From assembly GCF_009834535.1 (NCBI RefSeq), contig NC_045696.1, forward strand, positions 72,418,001-72,482,000: 64,000 nt of DNA, in the 5' to 3' direction. Below are positions 37,460 to 50,895 of the stretch, piece by piece. The position numbers and the translations under genes were made by a program. The DNA comes from Camelus ferus. Taxonomy: Eukaryota. The first letter of the stretch is position 1. The number at the start of each line of letters is the position of its first letter. The notes under the pieces are model-generated. The model saw only the letters and a list, made by a program, of their open reading frames with translations. It was not told the DNA's origin and did not search any database.

Positions 37460-37985
37460 TTCACCTTTAGCATATTGGGAATAATTTGGTTCCAGATGGC
37501 AGGCACATAACTTGAACTAACTTGGACAAGAGGGAGATCTACTGTTTCACCTAACCAGTCAACAGGAAAGATTGTAAGGGTAGCTTGATTTCAGAGATGC
37601 CAAGAAATAAGGACTCTCTGGGATGATCACCAGGACATTCTTCATCGTTCTTCTCTGCTCCTCTCTAGGTCCTCAGTCTTATTTTCTCAGACCAACTTCT
37701 ATTTGGCTTGAAACATGGCCTTCTAATGCTCTCAGGCCCACATCCCCCATCTTTACCATCACAGAGGGGCAAGTCCTCTCTGAGCTCCAGATAGAAAATC
37801 ATGGGGTAGGATTCACGTTGGCCCAAATCTGTGCTCATTTCCAAACCCAACAATTGAGATTGGGAGTTGGGAGGGGAAACTGTGATCATCACATTCTATC
37901 AAAGTCATATGATTGAAGCAGTGGTAGGGTTAGTTCCCTGAAAGAAGAGGGACTATTTCTAGAATAAGTTGGGCAACAGAACAAT
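37460..37985 (-). mobile_element. MaLR LTR (MLT1J/K-like)
   Basis: ttggttccagatggcaggcacataacttgaactaacttggacaagaggg ... ttggcccaaatctgtgctcat ... gttccctgaaagaagaggg. Confidence 0.6.
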
Positions 37986-38533
37986 AAGTATTCCCTTCAT
38001 TAGGAATCCTAAGGGACCCCTCTTCACCTATGTCATTACTGCCACAAAGGTGCTATGTATAATTCCATAGCCAGATGACCTTGGCAAAAGATTTAAAAGA
38101 GGATATTTTTAATATGTTTTTGTGACTGGACATTGATAATGATGATGATAAGAGTAACCAGATTCTTTACATTTGCACAATGCTCTGAAAATCTATCAGG
38201 TTCCAGATCATTTTAGAACCATCCTATCTGATTTAGAGTTCTGTGGTATAACTGGACCAATCATATTTTTCCAGTAAAAAATTAGAACATATATGGTGAT
38301 TCTGTTTTTACTCTTTGTGCTTCTCTGAGCTTTTCAAATTTACTATAATGAACATGCATTATTCTTATAATAAAACAAGTGTTGTTAGAAATAAATAGGG
38401 CTTGTGGTCTTACACGTGAACTTTCTAAGCTCATCTCACCTTCAGGTCTTTCCACATGTTCTTTCCATGGCCCTGGAGTTTCTTTTCTTGTGAATATTTC
38501 TTCACTTTCCTTGGGTTTCAGCTGAAATCTCAC

Positions 38534-38582
38534 CTTTACCAAGAAGCTGTGACCAGAGTCAGGTCACAGCTTCTTGGTAAAG
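38534..38582. repeat. Perfect 21-bp inverted repeat with 7-nt spacer
   Basis: ctttaccaagaagctgtgacc-agagtca-ggtcacagcttcttggtaaag. Confidence 0.97.
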
Positions 38583-38585
38583 AGA

Positions 38586-39478
38586 AGGTTTTGTGGGACC
38601 TGAAGCTTATATAATTCGGTGATTTTCTTTAAGAAAAAAATCATGAATATAAATTTATACTCAGAAGTGAATATTTATTTAGATAATAAAAGACATCACA
38701 AAAATGATAAATTTAAAAATGTAACTAGTACCATAGCATAAGTAATGCTTTAATCATTTTCCCCTTATGTTCTTTGGCTATATGTCTTTTTTCTCCCATG
38801 GTGAGATAGAAAGATAATTTAGTGTTTTTCTATAGTAATCAAAATTTGCTTTTTATATTCGACAGTTTAGAAAAGTTTATTTCAGCTTCACAGTGTTTTT
38901 ATTAGTAATGCTATGCAAATGTTTAGTAGTAGTGTTTTCACACAGGGCAAAAGCTCTGTCTTGCCCTTGCATTTCATACTTGGTTTCTCCCCAACTACCT
39001 ATCTACTTCTGGTGCCAGGCAATGGAGGACACAGTCATATCAGGTGATACCCTCTAGGCCTAAACCCTTGTGTCATCCTGCTGTAAGAGTTGGTAAAAAG
39101 GCTAGGAGGACTGTTCCTGGAAATCTTTCTTACATTGGGATGCTCATAGTAACTTTACAGTTTGTAATATGTCCCACCAAACCCAGCTGAAGTGTATCCC
39201 CATCTCAATTTTCCCCAAACTAGATCCCAGAAATGCCCACGGCCCTCCAGATTCACACAACATAAGGGGAAGTATGACAGAGGAAATCAGAGTGGAAAGA
39301 GACAGCAGTCTTTATTGATTGCAGTTAAAATATTTTCCATTTGCAAATTTTGCAAAAACATAGCTGTACGAACACACTGTAGGGGTCCCCCTATCTCCAA
39401 AGCCTAGGAGGGAGCCCACGCAAATAAGAGGCTTTCAAGCAAGCTTAAACTTCATTAGTTTTAATGTATATTTACTTT
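38586..39478 (-). mobile_element. hAT-Tip100 DNA transposon relic (Zaphod/MER115-like), internally deleted
   Basis: Reverse strand reads aaactaatgaagtttaagctt...tttttgcaaaatttgcaaatggaaaatattttaactgcaatc...ctgtctctttccactctga, matching my recollection of the Zaphod terminus; the other end is ggttttgtgggacctgaagcttatataatt. Confidence 0.75.
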
Positions 39479-40644
39479 TGCACCCACTCCAAAAGGTAGG
39501 CTCCATCATTTTCTTATAATCTATTGTTTTTTTCCCTTTAGCTCTTAGCATGTTTTAAAATGAAATATTAATATGCTTGCTTGTTTAATATTTGTCTCTT
39601 ATACTAGGATTGTGTGCTTCATTAGAGGAGGTGCTTTATCTGCATTTACACCACTGCATACCAAGACCTGTCCTAATGCTAGCACATTCTCAGTACTCAG
39701 TAAACCCTACTTAAAAACAACAACAATAAAAAGATGAATGAGTAAACTTAAGGGACAACAGGATTGAAGGCTGACACTAAGTTACATCATTACATTTCCA
39801 CCCCTGCTGCCCAGCTCCTAGGCTTTAATTAAGTCACTTCTCCCTGGTCTACCTTCTCCAGGCTGCACCTGGTTCCAGTCTGAGGCCCATGATTAAAATC
39901 TACCTGTCCTTTCCAATTTCTCTTTCCCTGAGACCATGTCTTCTGTGCGACCAAAAGCTGACCTGATAAATGATTCTGTGTTAATAATATTTTTTGTATG
40001 ATTTACAAGGCATATTCCCATGCATGAAGCTAATACGCTAACGGGAAAAGGCAAGTGAAACGATAACAAGCATTATTGCAAGGGTTTTCTGAAGACGCTA
40101 TGTCTAGCCCACCCTTACACCCACCTTAAATACACACAGATATATAGAAACTTACATGGCAAGAATTTCAAGCCAGTTTTGGAAGGAGGGAAAGATTTAT
40201 GGGGAAAATTTTTTGAGGGTCTTGCAGTTCTGTCTGGAAATCACACTATTTGTTGATAGGAAGCCACCGACTTCATTTAATCCTAGCCCCTGCTTTAATC
40301 TCCTGATTCTGAGACAGTTTATGTTTGTTCTTATTGGTTTGGAGTTCATGATTTCATGACATTATACTAAGGATGCAAAATCTGGAGAAGGGTGGTTAAT
40401 TAAAAAAATTTACTTTTAATGCCATCTCACTTCATTTTTATTGGCCTTACAAGGCCAGTAGCAGAGGCACCAGACCTGTATAAGTTCATGCTATAGAGTG
40501 AATGCAAAAGTAAGACTGTCCTAGACCCTGAGCATGTTGCTCTTTCTTACCCTGTATCAATCATGTCATCTCTGTGCTAACATCTCCATCACTTATTTGA
40601 AGGCAGACTTGCAGCAGAATGTTATATAGTCACACTATATATAT

Positions 40645-40910
40645 CCAATTCCATTAGCATTTATTAAGTACCTACTATGTATGAGGTAGACGCTGTCTTA
40701 GACATGGGGGATTCTGAGATGAATAGGACAGAGTTTCTATCAAGTTTCTTATAATCTAATAGAGGATACATGTAAGTAAATAAATTACAGAATGGCGCCT
40801 CATAAATACAGTAGAATATTTGAAAAAGAGGAGATATGGGAGAGAGACTAATGAACTTGGGCAGAGGTGAGGGAATGAGGAGAGGCTTTAACAGGGAAGT
40901 GGCATATGAA
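40645..40910 (-). mobile_element. L2 3' end
   Basis: agcatttattaagtacctactatgtatgagg...gagatgaataggacagag. Confidence 0.65.
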
Positions 40911-40999
40911 TTTTATATCTCATTCTCCCACACTGTAGCAAGAAGGTGATCCATATGGCAGTAACGCTTCACTAATGACATGAGCCTGAGTTCATTGAG

Positions 41000-41205
41000 A
41001 GGTCTCTATTCCAGACGCTGCCAGGGTGCAACATTTAGGATCTCATTAAATCCTCACAATGCTTTGAGGTTAATACTTAACACTTTATAGATAAAGAATA
41101 TGAGGCTCAAAGAGTGAAACTTGCCCAGGGTCATACAGCTGCTATGAGGCAGGAGCAGGATTCTAACTCAGGTGGCTCTGACTCTGGACCTAAACTCTTG
41201 ACCAA
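41000..41205 (-). mobile_element. MIR SINE
   Basis: tctcattaaatcctcacaa...tgaggctcaaagagtgaaacttgcccagggtcatacagct...gcaggattctaactcagg. Confidence 0.8.
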
Positions 41206-42409
41206 ATTATATGTGTGTCAGTAATTTGATAGCTCCCTCCCATCCTCACTCTGAGGTCATCCCATGGAGAAAGATTTCTCACTTCCTAACCACTCTTCTC
41301 CCACCAGGTGGGTGCTTCTTCATTGGTGTTCATATTATTCTGTGCATATTGCTTTTTCTGTACTCATCACATTGGATTATGATTAGCTGTTATTATGTCT
41401 TTCCCACTGGACTGAGGGATCAGAAATTACCCATCTGGTAGTCCCACCCCTAGCATAGTTGTGCCTGCCACGAAGGAGGCACTCAGTAAATATTTGTAGC
41501 ACTAATGATTAAATGAATAAGTGAAGTTTTGAATCGTAATTCTTAAATGAAACCTTGTTATAGAGATTGGACAATACTTCCGATAGAAGCTTTTTTTAAG
41601 TAAGCTTGAGAAGACCAAGTGCTGTCTATAGCACTTGGGATGTCACATCATGATACACATCAGTTTATTAATTGCTCTCAACATTTTGCTGTAAAATTTG
41701 CTCAACTTTGTTTTATACAGTGTATACCAGGTTCTGACCACAGAATCGTACTGAGGAACACTGAAGTAGTATCATAAATGAGGAAGTGATGCTTTAAAAG
41801 TTAAAATAAAAATATGAGATGTCACAAGGTGTAATTGATGTCAGATGAATTATGCTACAATCTGGTACCAATTTGTAAAGAAGAAAGATTAGTGTGAAAC
41901 AGTCTGCAGAGCCTTCTTGAAGGAAAACAGAAGCTTGAAGGACAGACTAAATCTGGCTAGGTGGGAGGTAAGGTAGTACCATGGTTTTTCATCTTTTTCC
42001 TCCTGGCATCTGATAGGACACACTCCCATTAACAGCAGTGTGTCACTGTGGCTTGTGGGTTTGAATTTGGAGGAAGGAGTTAACGAGCAGTTCAGAAACT
42101 TGGCCCACATCCCATTTTCCTTGGCGATTCTGACCCCAACCTTACATGATGCACCTTGAAAAATACTGGGACTTTAAAGATGGGTGAATGGTCAGAAATT
42201 CCAGAGGCTTCATGACTGACAATTCACTTTTATTCTTTTAGACTCTTTTGAGATTTTTCAGCCTAATTGAAGAGCTTCCATCAAAGCTGTGAGTTATTGG
42301 GATTCACCTCTTTGGGGATTTTAATCATGGCAGTGGAAGAGGAATAGATATCTCCTTATCTACCAAGTGGTGCAAGATATATTATCAGTCTTTTCTGATT
42401 CTACCCTTG

Positions 42410-42570
42410 GAATCACAGGATTTTGGAATTGGATGACATCTTTGAGACTATCTAATAATTCACCTTTCTCATTTTGTAGATGAAAATACTGAGGTCAGAG
42501 AGAGCAATGTATATAGTCTTTAGGCCACTCTGAGTTGAGGTTGAGACTTGGGATTCTTGCCTCCCAGGGT
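42410..42570 (-). mobile_element. MIR3-like SINE
   Basis: gaatcacaggattttggaattggatgacatctttgagactatcta...ctcattttgtagatgaaaatactgaggtcagagag. Confidence 0.7.
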
Positions 42571-43874
42571 TAGTCCCTTCCTCATTTCCACTAGGGAAGA
42601 TCTCACCTTGAATCTGGCCTCATTCTGAGTGGGCAGCAAAGCTTTACCCATTTACTGAGGGGAAACTAACAGAGGGGTACAGGTAATTCCCACTTCTGTG
42701 ATGGACAAAATTGTCCATCCTTTATTTCATATTTTACCTAAGGCTTACAGGCTTTTAAAAGGGGCATGGTTTTACTGGTACTGATAGGTATACCCAATGT
42801 TCCTGGCTTACATTCCTTTTGAACTCTGTTTTTGACCCCAAATTAAGTGCTTTCTAAACAGTATACCATGGTTCAAACCCCTCAGTTGCTCAAATTACTC
42901 TTTGAAAATACAGATGTGGTGAGACATTTTAGCTTCATGCTCACACGCTTGAACTCTTGCCTCCCTTTCTGTGACTCATTTATATTTTCAGACTCTAAAG
43001 AATGATTTAGTTAATTTTCATGTCTTCTTAATTTGCACAGTTGGCTTTCTTGTTCTACTAAATAGTCTTTGTATCAACCTCAGGTTTATGTAGAGTAAAA
43101 TGCTTATATTTCAAATAGATTTTATTTATATTTTGTCAGATAACTGATGCATTTGGAGTCTTTGCTGGGGGCAGGGAGTATAATCTAGGAAGTTGAAAAA
43201 ACTTGTTCTCATTCCTCTAAACTTCTGCTTAGGTTGCTAGGTTGAATAAATTTTCAATAAAAGGGAGAAGTGTTTCTAAGATTCCAAAGATAGAGCCTTA
43301 CAAATGCTTTCCTATTTTTCAGTATGAATTATTTCCTTTTGATTTTTTAAAAGCAAGCAGGGACCAGGCCAAGCTTATTTGCAAATCGGTTTGAAAGTAA
43401 GTGAATCTGGATCTAACAACAACAAAAAAGCCGTTTCTGAGACACTCAAGCATATCATTCACTGCTAACTGTGTGTTATTATGTAGTATGGATACAAACA
43501 TATATGATAGATCACATGCTCAAAGACCAAGTAATAATAGTATAGTGGGATAATTTATCCCTACCATGGAAATAGAAATCCTCTAAGTAAAAATTCTGGG
43601 GAACAGAAGTTGTAGTTTGCACAATGACCCGATGTGAGACATGGGTATTTATTCTTTTGTGTGTGTGTGTTTTGTTTTTAATAAACCGTATGGAGTTTTC
43701 CTGTAATACTGGAAAAGTTCTGTGGATGTGCATGTATCTGTGTGAATGTGTATAAAAAGCTTCATGTAGGCTCTTTTCTCGCCTTTGGTAAAGGCCTTCT
43801 TGAAGCAACTTCCTCTAGTCTTCTTCCTAATGAAGGAAAACACAAATTCAAGTCGATGTTGGGGAGGAGCTGTC

Positions 43875-43893
43875 CGGTGCTCTCTAGTGGCAC
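43875..43893 (-). promoter_or_regulatory. CTCF-like motif
   Basis: Reverse strand TGCCACTAGAGAGCACCG resembles the CTCF core CCASYAGRKGGCRS. Confidence 0.45.
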
Positions 43894-44099
43894 ACGCTTA
43901 CAACTCACTTTAGAATAAAGTGTAGTGCAAACACCTAATTTTTAGAGAACTGCTTGTATTGGGAGTTACTAATTAAAAATCCTCACGCTTTCCCTTCTTT
44001 TCCTGTTCAAATCTTCAAGGTTATTTAATTGAAGTCTTATTTTGTGGGTGCAGATGCATGATGTGTTTGAATCATCAAACAGATTTAGTGTGTTTTGAT

Positions 44100-44640
44100 T
44101 GTTGTGTGTGCCTCATTGCTATTCCCAGAATGTCGAGCTGAGCTTATGCTCCTCTGGAAGACTTAGCCGCCTGAAACAGTAAAAGAGTCCTTTCTTCTCC
44201 TACCGCCCCCTTGCCCCCCATTTTCCTTGAAACTTTGCCAATATCAGATCGCGCTCTGTCTGTTGCTGCATTAAAATGAAGTCATTCCCTTCCTCTCGCC
44301 ACCGTCCTCCCTCCCACCCCTACCTTTCCCCCTGCTCTCCAGCTCCGCGATTTTCTCACTAAATGGGGGAGCCGCTGTTGCTGTCGGGGACGAACTTTTT
44401 CAGTTTTATTTTCTTGAGCCTTTCTCTCCTCACCGTTTTTTCTCCCCGTTTCTCCCTCTTCTTAGACATGGTTTTTGGACTGGGGGCTGTGAAAGGGAAA
44501 GAGAAGGGGCCTGTTTTCCTCTCGAGGTAAAAACAGCCTTGGAACCGGCAGGTGCACGGCCCCCAAGCAGCTGCTTGCGCTTCGCAAGCTGAAGCGTCTT
44601 ACTTCCCCCTCCAAGCCAAGAGCACTTCATATAATCCTCT
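44100..44640. promoter_or_regulatory. Weak CpG-enriched, repeat-free promoter/enhancer-like element
   Basis: Local CpG excess (gatcgcgc, ctccgcga, gtcggggacg, ttgcgcttcgc), C-rich GC boxes (ccgccccc), CCAAT at ~44238, splice-like signals on both strands. Confidence 0.5.
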
Positions 44641-46969
44641 CATGCAATTCACACTGTAATTGCAGAAACCCCGACTGCTTGGGCTCATCATCATATTATT
44701 ATTACGATTATTGTTGTTGTTGTTGTTTTTCACTGATAACAAGATCTTCTGCAAATAGGAACCTGTCATGTTAATTAGTTTTTTTGTGTGTAAGATGAGC
44801 TGCTTCTCCAGAAGCAAAATTTTTCCTTTTTTGTCTTGCTCTTAGCCCTATTCCCCTGCCCCCTTCCAGCCCTTACCCCCTTAAAGGCCACTCAGGGAGT
44901 AGCACATGTGGAACTTTTATATGGTTCTATAGTAGGCCTTTTATTACCCTGTGGGCCTCCTACTCCTCTTAAGAAAGGGGCCGGTGGTTAGGTGCTGGCA
45001 ATGAAAATTATTTTCTTAAACACCAGCTTGTTTTCTCAAGGTTCTGTTTATTCCTTTGGTAATTATGGGACTAAAGGATCCTTTTTTTCTTTTTTTTTTT
45101 TTGGTTGATCCGTGAGCACTATAGTCTATAGAACAATCATTTCATGGTTTTGAGGAAGAAAGAACTAGGAATGAAAGTTTGAAGAGATTCAATTTTTTTA
45201 AATTCCCTTAAGAAATATGTAGAGAATAAATGAAAATGTTTTTATTGCTGACTTAAAGAAAACCTGGTATTTTGAGGGGTCAGAAAATATAAACTATTGC
45301 TATGCCTAAATCTAATTTTGTTCTGTAACTTTGGTCTGTTTTTTTGTTGTCTACCAAATTCAGCAATTCATGACTGCATCATGGTTTTTTAAATCAGAGC
45401 CATACACTGCCTGTGCTATTATTTAAATAACATTTTCTTTTTATGGACTTACCTTTTAAGTGTAGTTTACTTGCAAGGGAAACTATTTACTATGAACATA
45501 TCAGTCCTATAAATAGTAAACAAATGTGATAAACCATAAAGAAGATGTAACTATTAAAGGAAACAAATGAAAACTATTCAGTTCTTTTGTGTTAGACAGG
45601 GTGTTATGAAGTATAGGAAAGGTGTTCAAGATTAGCACTTGGACTTTTTAGTCTTACTGTAATCAGAAAGACTGAAAGACAACTGATAGGAGAATAACTT
45701 TCCTACTCACTATGTGGACTGCTGCTGTTCAGCACCATGCCAGTGTACTGCCTGCACAGGCTCATGTCCGGCAGTGTGGCCACACATGGTATGTGTCCTA
45801 CACTTCGGGAAATACTGGCCCATTGTGTGGCTGGGGGCTCAGGTGGTCCAGAATCAACTATGGATATTTGGTTCTAGGATGGCTGTTATTTAGGTTGGCT
45901 CTTGATGTATATGAAATATATATTTCTAGTATAAGAGAAGTGAAAAAAACCCTGCTCTTTCAGAACAGTTCGTCTAGTAGTGAAATTAATCAAACATTAA
46001 GCATAAGAAACCAAAGTTCTAAAAGAACATCCAGGGGCAAAGCAAGAAAAGCTAAGTTCCAGGATCTGTGATGGGAACCAAAAATAGAAGCCAAAATAGG
46101 ATCTAAAGTCTGAACAAAGTGGAATGGGCATAAGGGTAAAAGTGAAGTGAGATAGGTGTTCCAGAAAAAAGTGTGTGTGATCAGAGCTGAGGTACTGAGA
46201 TTTTCCTTTACTGACATGTGATGTGCGGGAGGGTCTGGCTGGGTAAAACCTTGGGCAAAATCAGGGTTGAGGAGGCTATAAAGAAAAGCACTTTTAAATA
46301 ATTGGTGTGAGTCATGAGACAACGATGAGGACTACCCATCTCACCTTCATACACTCACACACACACTGCGAAGCTACATGGGTTGGAGAACCTCACAGTT
46401 TCTATTAGTCATAAACAAAATATTTTTAAGAGATTTATGTCCCAAACTCTTTCACACAACCAATTACCATTTCGATATCTAAACATTCCTGATTACTCCT
46501 AATGATTCTGTGCTCCTTGTCTCCCCACAACACTCTCCCTCACTGTTCTCCAGCCTTTAGGATGGAAAGGGCAGCCTTGAAGATGCATAAATAACCTACC
46601 AAATTTTTCTTCCACAGAAGTTTAGTAGTCCTTCAAGGACCTCTCTGCAATGTCCATGTTTTAATTTACTCTCCAGAACAGCGTGGGGAGAAAGTGAGTG
46701 TTGATGTGTTTCTTTAGGACCTTCTGTGGTTGGCTAGTTAATGACAGTTTCTAATGTTGATGTAGTCTATTAAACATGACTTTTATAATCCATCTACCTG
46801 TTTTATGTTGGAACTGACGATGATTATATAAAAAGTACTCTGATAGATATAAAAGAAATTTGTTTGACAGATATTTTCTGAGGACTTCATATGTGAAAGG
46901 CTCCATTCTTGGGCCAGAGAGTATGATCATAACCCAGCCCCTGCTGTTAAGGAATTGTTTATTTGGAGT

Positions 46970-47560
46970 AGGACAAATAAGCACATAGCCTACTACAATA
47001 ATATTTGATAAAAATTCTGATAAGGGTGAGAACTAGAATGCCATGGAGACATGTGTACTCACTAACCAAATCTTCCCTAGTCAGGAAAGGCTCCCATGTA
47101 AGCTGAGAACTTAAGGCCAAATAGGAATTAGCTATGGGGCATCTGAAGGAAGGGGTTCAGGGAGAAAGAAAAAGAATATCCCAGAAAAAAGAGAACCCTT
47201 GAAGACCTGGAGGTGAAGCTGAATATGGGAAGTTTTGAGAACTTTCAGTAGTTCAAAACAGCTGGAGGTTGGGTGTTGGATGGAGGGCCAAGATGGAAAT
47301 TGAGGCTGAAGAAGTAAAGAAGGATCTGGAAATCCATGTGCAGTTTAAGCTTGATGCCAAATGAAATAGGGAGCTACTGAAGGAGTGAAAAGCACAAAGT
47401 GAAACCTGCGAAGAAGAGACAGCCCTAAGGTGAAGTAGGTGGAGGGACCATGTAAGCAATGGTACAGAGGTGAGGGTGAATTGGGCCAGACTGGGCCTGA
47501 GGGTACTGGTGGGTGGGTTGCATTTGTCAGCTAGGACAGGAGGTAACCTTGTGATGATCC
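46970..47560 (-). mobile_element. L2 fragment
   Basis: gtcaggaaaggctccc...taagctgagaacttaaggccaaataggaattagc...gagctactgaaggagtgaaaagca. Confidence 0.65.
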
Positions 47561-47869
47561 CTAGCAACTGATTCTGAACGTGTGGGTAACTACCATGCCA
47601 GCAGAGAGGACTGTTCATACGGCTGAGTCCCATAATAGTGGCTTGGGGTGGGATCATGCAGAGGAGTAGGGTAGGACGTATGGAAGTTTTTTTTTGTTTT
47701 TGACTGAACAAGGTATTTTTGGAAGATAATTTGGATGCTATTTGGCTAAGTGTTTTGGATTACTTTCTTATTTCTGGTGTGCTTCATATATTTGTCTCAC
47801 CTTGAGATGGGCTTTTAATGTGAAGGGGAACAGTGATTTCCATGTAGAAGGTATTAATAAGAGATCTTA

Positions 47870-48090
47870 TTAATGGAGGACTTACCTTGGGCCAAACACT
47901 GTGCGGAGCATTTGACATATACTATTTCATTTAATCCCTGCTCCTCAGACTCCATGAGGTGTTATTATTATGTTCATGTTACAGATGAGAGCACTGAGGC
48001 TTAGAGAGGATAACTGATACAATAACTAAATGGTGGAGGTAGGATTTAACTAAGGGTTGATTCCAGAGCATGAGCTCAAAACCAAATCAC
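47870..48090 (-). mobile_element. MIR SINE
   Basis: tatttcatttaatccc...ttacagatgagagcactgaggcttagagaggataac...ggtggaggtaggatttaac. Confidence 0.85.
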
Positions 48091-48529
48091 CATAGTTAAG
48101 GATGTAGTATGTTAGACATAGAGTCTAGTGAATAACTGTGGACAGAATATAATTTTTTAAAGAAAGGAAAATTTGTTAGAAGGTTTTTTGGTTTCTTTCT
48201 GCATCTTTCTCTTGGAATTATGCTGCAAGAAAAAGCTTTGATTAATAAAGGGTTATGATTGCTCATTCCCAATTAAACATGGTTTTATTGAACAAATGAA
48301 AACAAAGGGAAAACCAAACAGGGCATTTTTTCCCCAGGTTTTTATATTTAAAGTTTTGGAGTAAATTTGCCAAAACAGTAAGTGTGTTTTCTTTTTATAT
48401 TTCACATATGGATTCCATGCTTCCTTAAAATTCTTATGTTGTAAAAGATTCACAGAATTAATCTACACTAATATTTAAGTAGCCATTACTCTCCATTGAA
48501 AAAACAAAATGTGTTACTAGAATTATTAT

Positions 48530-48715
48530 AGCATCCCAAAGTGAACAGAGTTTAAAGATCAACACCTAGTATACCGTCTCATTTTACACATGAGGAAGCT
48601 GAGGACCAAAGCAGCTAGAGGACATACATGCTCAGAACCATACAGTAAGTCTGATTGAAGGCTCAAGATCAGAGTCCCTGAACCTTAAGGAAGGCTCACT
48701 GATTGCTGTACCATC
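48530..48715 (-). mobile_element. MIR/MIR3 SINE
   Basis: ctcattttacacatgaggaagctgaggaccaaag. Confidence 0.65.
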
Positions 48716-50769
48716 TCACCCTGGATAACAGTATTTCAAGAGATTAACATGATGCATCTTCCTGGAGTATCAGTTTTACTCTAAGATTTAAAAGCAAGCA
48801 AGCAAACTAAATAGTTTGTAATTTAGATAATTTTTAAATTAAAATGAACATGGCCATATTCTGCAGTAAAAATCATAGGGATCTAATAAACAAAACAGGA
48901 GACTTCCAAGAAATATCCCTTTTTTGTAAAAGAAGGAAGGGGAACAAGGAGAGGGGCTACTTTAGCATTTACTCGAAGATGTCTTGTGGTTCAAATGTAT
49001 TCTCTCCGCCTTTAGAGATTTTTTTAGAGGGAAAGTTTTCTGAAACACTCTGGCATCCCTTAGAGTGTATGATGGACAATAGTGAACTACCAATTAATAA
49101 CATTGTTCATAATTATGCTGTTAAATGACACTGTGTGATGCCAGAAACATACTTTGCAATTTCCATTAATATATAATTTTTAATTGCCTAAATACATGTT
49201 AACAGATCCTTTAATGGAATATTTAAATTTTTTATCTGAGAAATTTAATTTTTAAGCTAATTTCAATAGAAAATGTCCTTGATTTGTTAGAAATGTATTC
49301 CATGAATGAATGCATTTTGCTACAAAGCTTATCTTTGAAATGATGTGAATAACCTGTTTTATGCCCACAAGTACTATGAATGCTAACACTTCATTCTGAA
49401 CTCATCTAGTTGTCATTAGGTAAAGCAGCTGATACAATCTTCCATTAAGCAGTCTCAGAACTGTGGGTGGTCTTGGAAACTATACCATATGAACTGTAAT
49501 ACACAATACAGTGAGTTAGGGATTTTTTTTTCCACTTTAATTCTGAATCTTGCAGTTCCTATTGGTTGAAATTGAGCAAAAAAATAAAAGGAACTTGATT
49601 TTATCATCAATCTATATTGATGCAGAGCTGCTTATATATTCATTGTTTAAAGAGTTTAAACTTACTGCAGTCATTTTTTTTCTTTTTAGTTTTTTCTTCT
49701 ATTTGAGTTTATTTACTTAACTAAAGGTACTGAACCGACGGTGCTAGCAAACAAGGACACTGTTGGCTATTTACATTTTTAAAACCAGATCCTAATAAAA
49801 TAAACTAATAAAAGGAAAATGGTAATACATTTTAACCATACTTTTGATTGAGCCAGCACTAAGTTTTAGTGGGACATTTTGGAAGTGTAGCACACAACTG
49901 ACATCAATACCAAATTGGCTGTGTTTGTTGTGGTATTATTATAAAGGCAGTTAATTCATAAGGTTTGGAAACAATACCACTTTAAAAGGGCTGAAACTTA
50001 ACAGTTATATATATATATTTATGTTTCTTTATAAAATAATATAAAATGCCTTAAATATAATAAAAGCTAAATAAATAGCTATTGATTTGATTTCCATGAG
50101 AAATATAGTGTATTGGAAGCCCAGAATGGAAGGAAAATGCAAAGTAAATTAGTAATAATTTTGGATTAACTAGGTGGGGATGGAAGCAAGTGGTATGTAT
50201 GGTTTTAGCAGCTCAAGAAAGAGAAATCTGCTCATGGATCTCTACAAAAGTAGTCATTTGTTAATCTCAAGAGAAATATTCTTTAAAAAAACTAATCTTT
50301 GATACACAAAGACACATGCATTTAAAGAAAAAATCTTTCAAAACACAATTGGAATGACAAGCAAACTTCATTTGTAGTAAATGAGCTACAAATGTGTGCG
50401 TTTACAATTTTTTTCAATATTCAAATGAGAACTCTGTAACCACAAAGAAGTTAAGTCTGAAAAGTGCTACCTTTTTTTTCTGGCATAGATGGTCCCCAGT
50501 CTTTTTCATTATAGTCTAGAGTCCTAATAGAGAAACCACAAGCCATACTCTGTCTGCATAGAGCATTTTAGCTCCCAGCTGTAATTTTGGTTTTAGTCTA
50601 ACAGGCAGACAGTTTATAAAGTTTTCTATCTCCCATCCTATTTTGTTTCTTAAAATCTCTCAAATCTTAAAGGATCTAATTGTAGTGCTGTACATTTTGT
50701 ACCTTCCATCTCTACCTGCTACGTTAGTTGTTTGTAATGGTTTAGCCCTAATACTTCAAAGTTCAACTG

Positions 50770-50895
50770 CTCTCCCTCCTTTTTCTTTTTCTTTTTCTCC
50801 CCTCTCCCCTACCCCCTTTTTCTCTTTTCTTCCTTTCTTCCTTCTTCCTCCTCCAGCTCCCTCTCGCGCCACCCGCCCCCCCCACCCCGTCCCCT
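50770..50895. repeat. Polypyrimidine / C-run tract (G4-forming potential on minus strand)
   Basis: ctctccctcctttttctttttctttttctcccc...cgccacccgccccccccaccccgtcccc. Confidence 0.8.

Noticed and set aside
45712..46322. Overlapping 119-aa and 110-aa ORFs on opposite strands
   Set aside because: No homology or coding-like composition; expected by chance.
47253..47711. 152-aa minus-strand ORF
   Set aside because: Lies largely within a degenerate L2 relic and has a TTG start.
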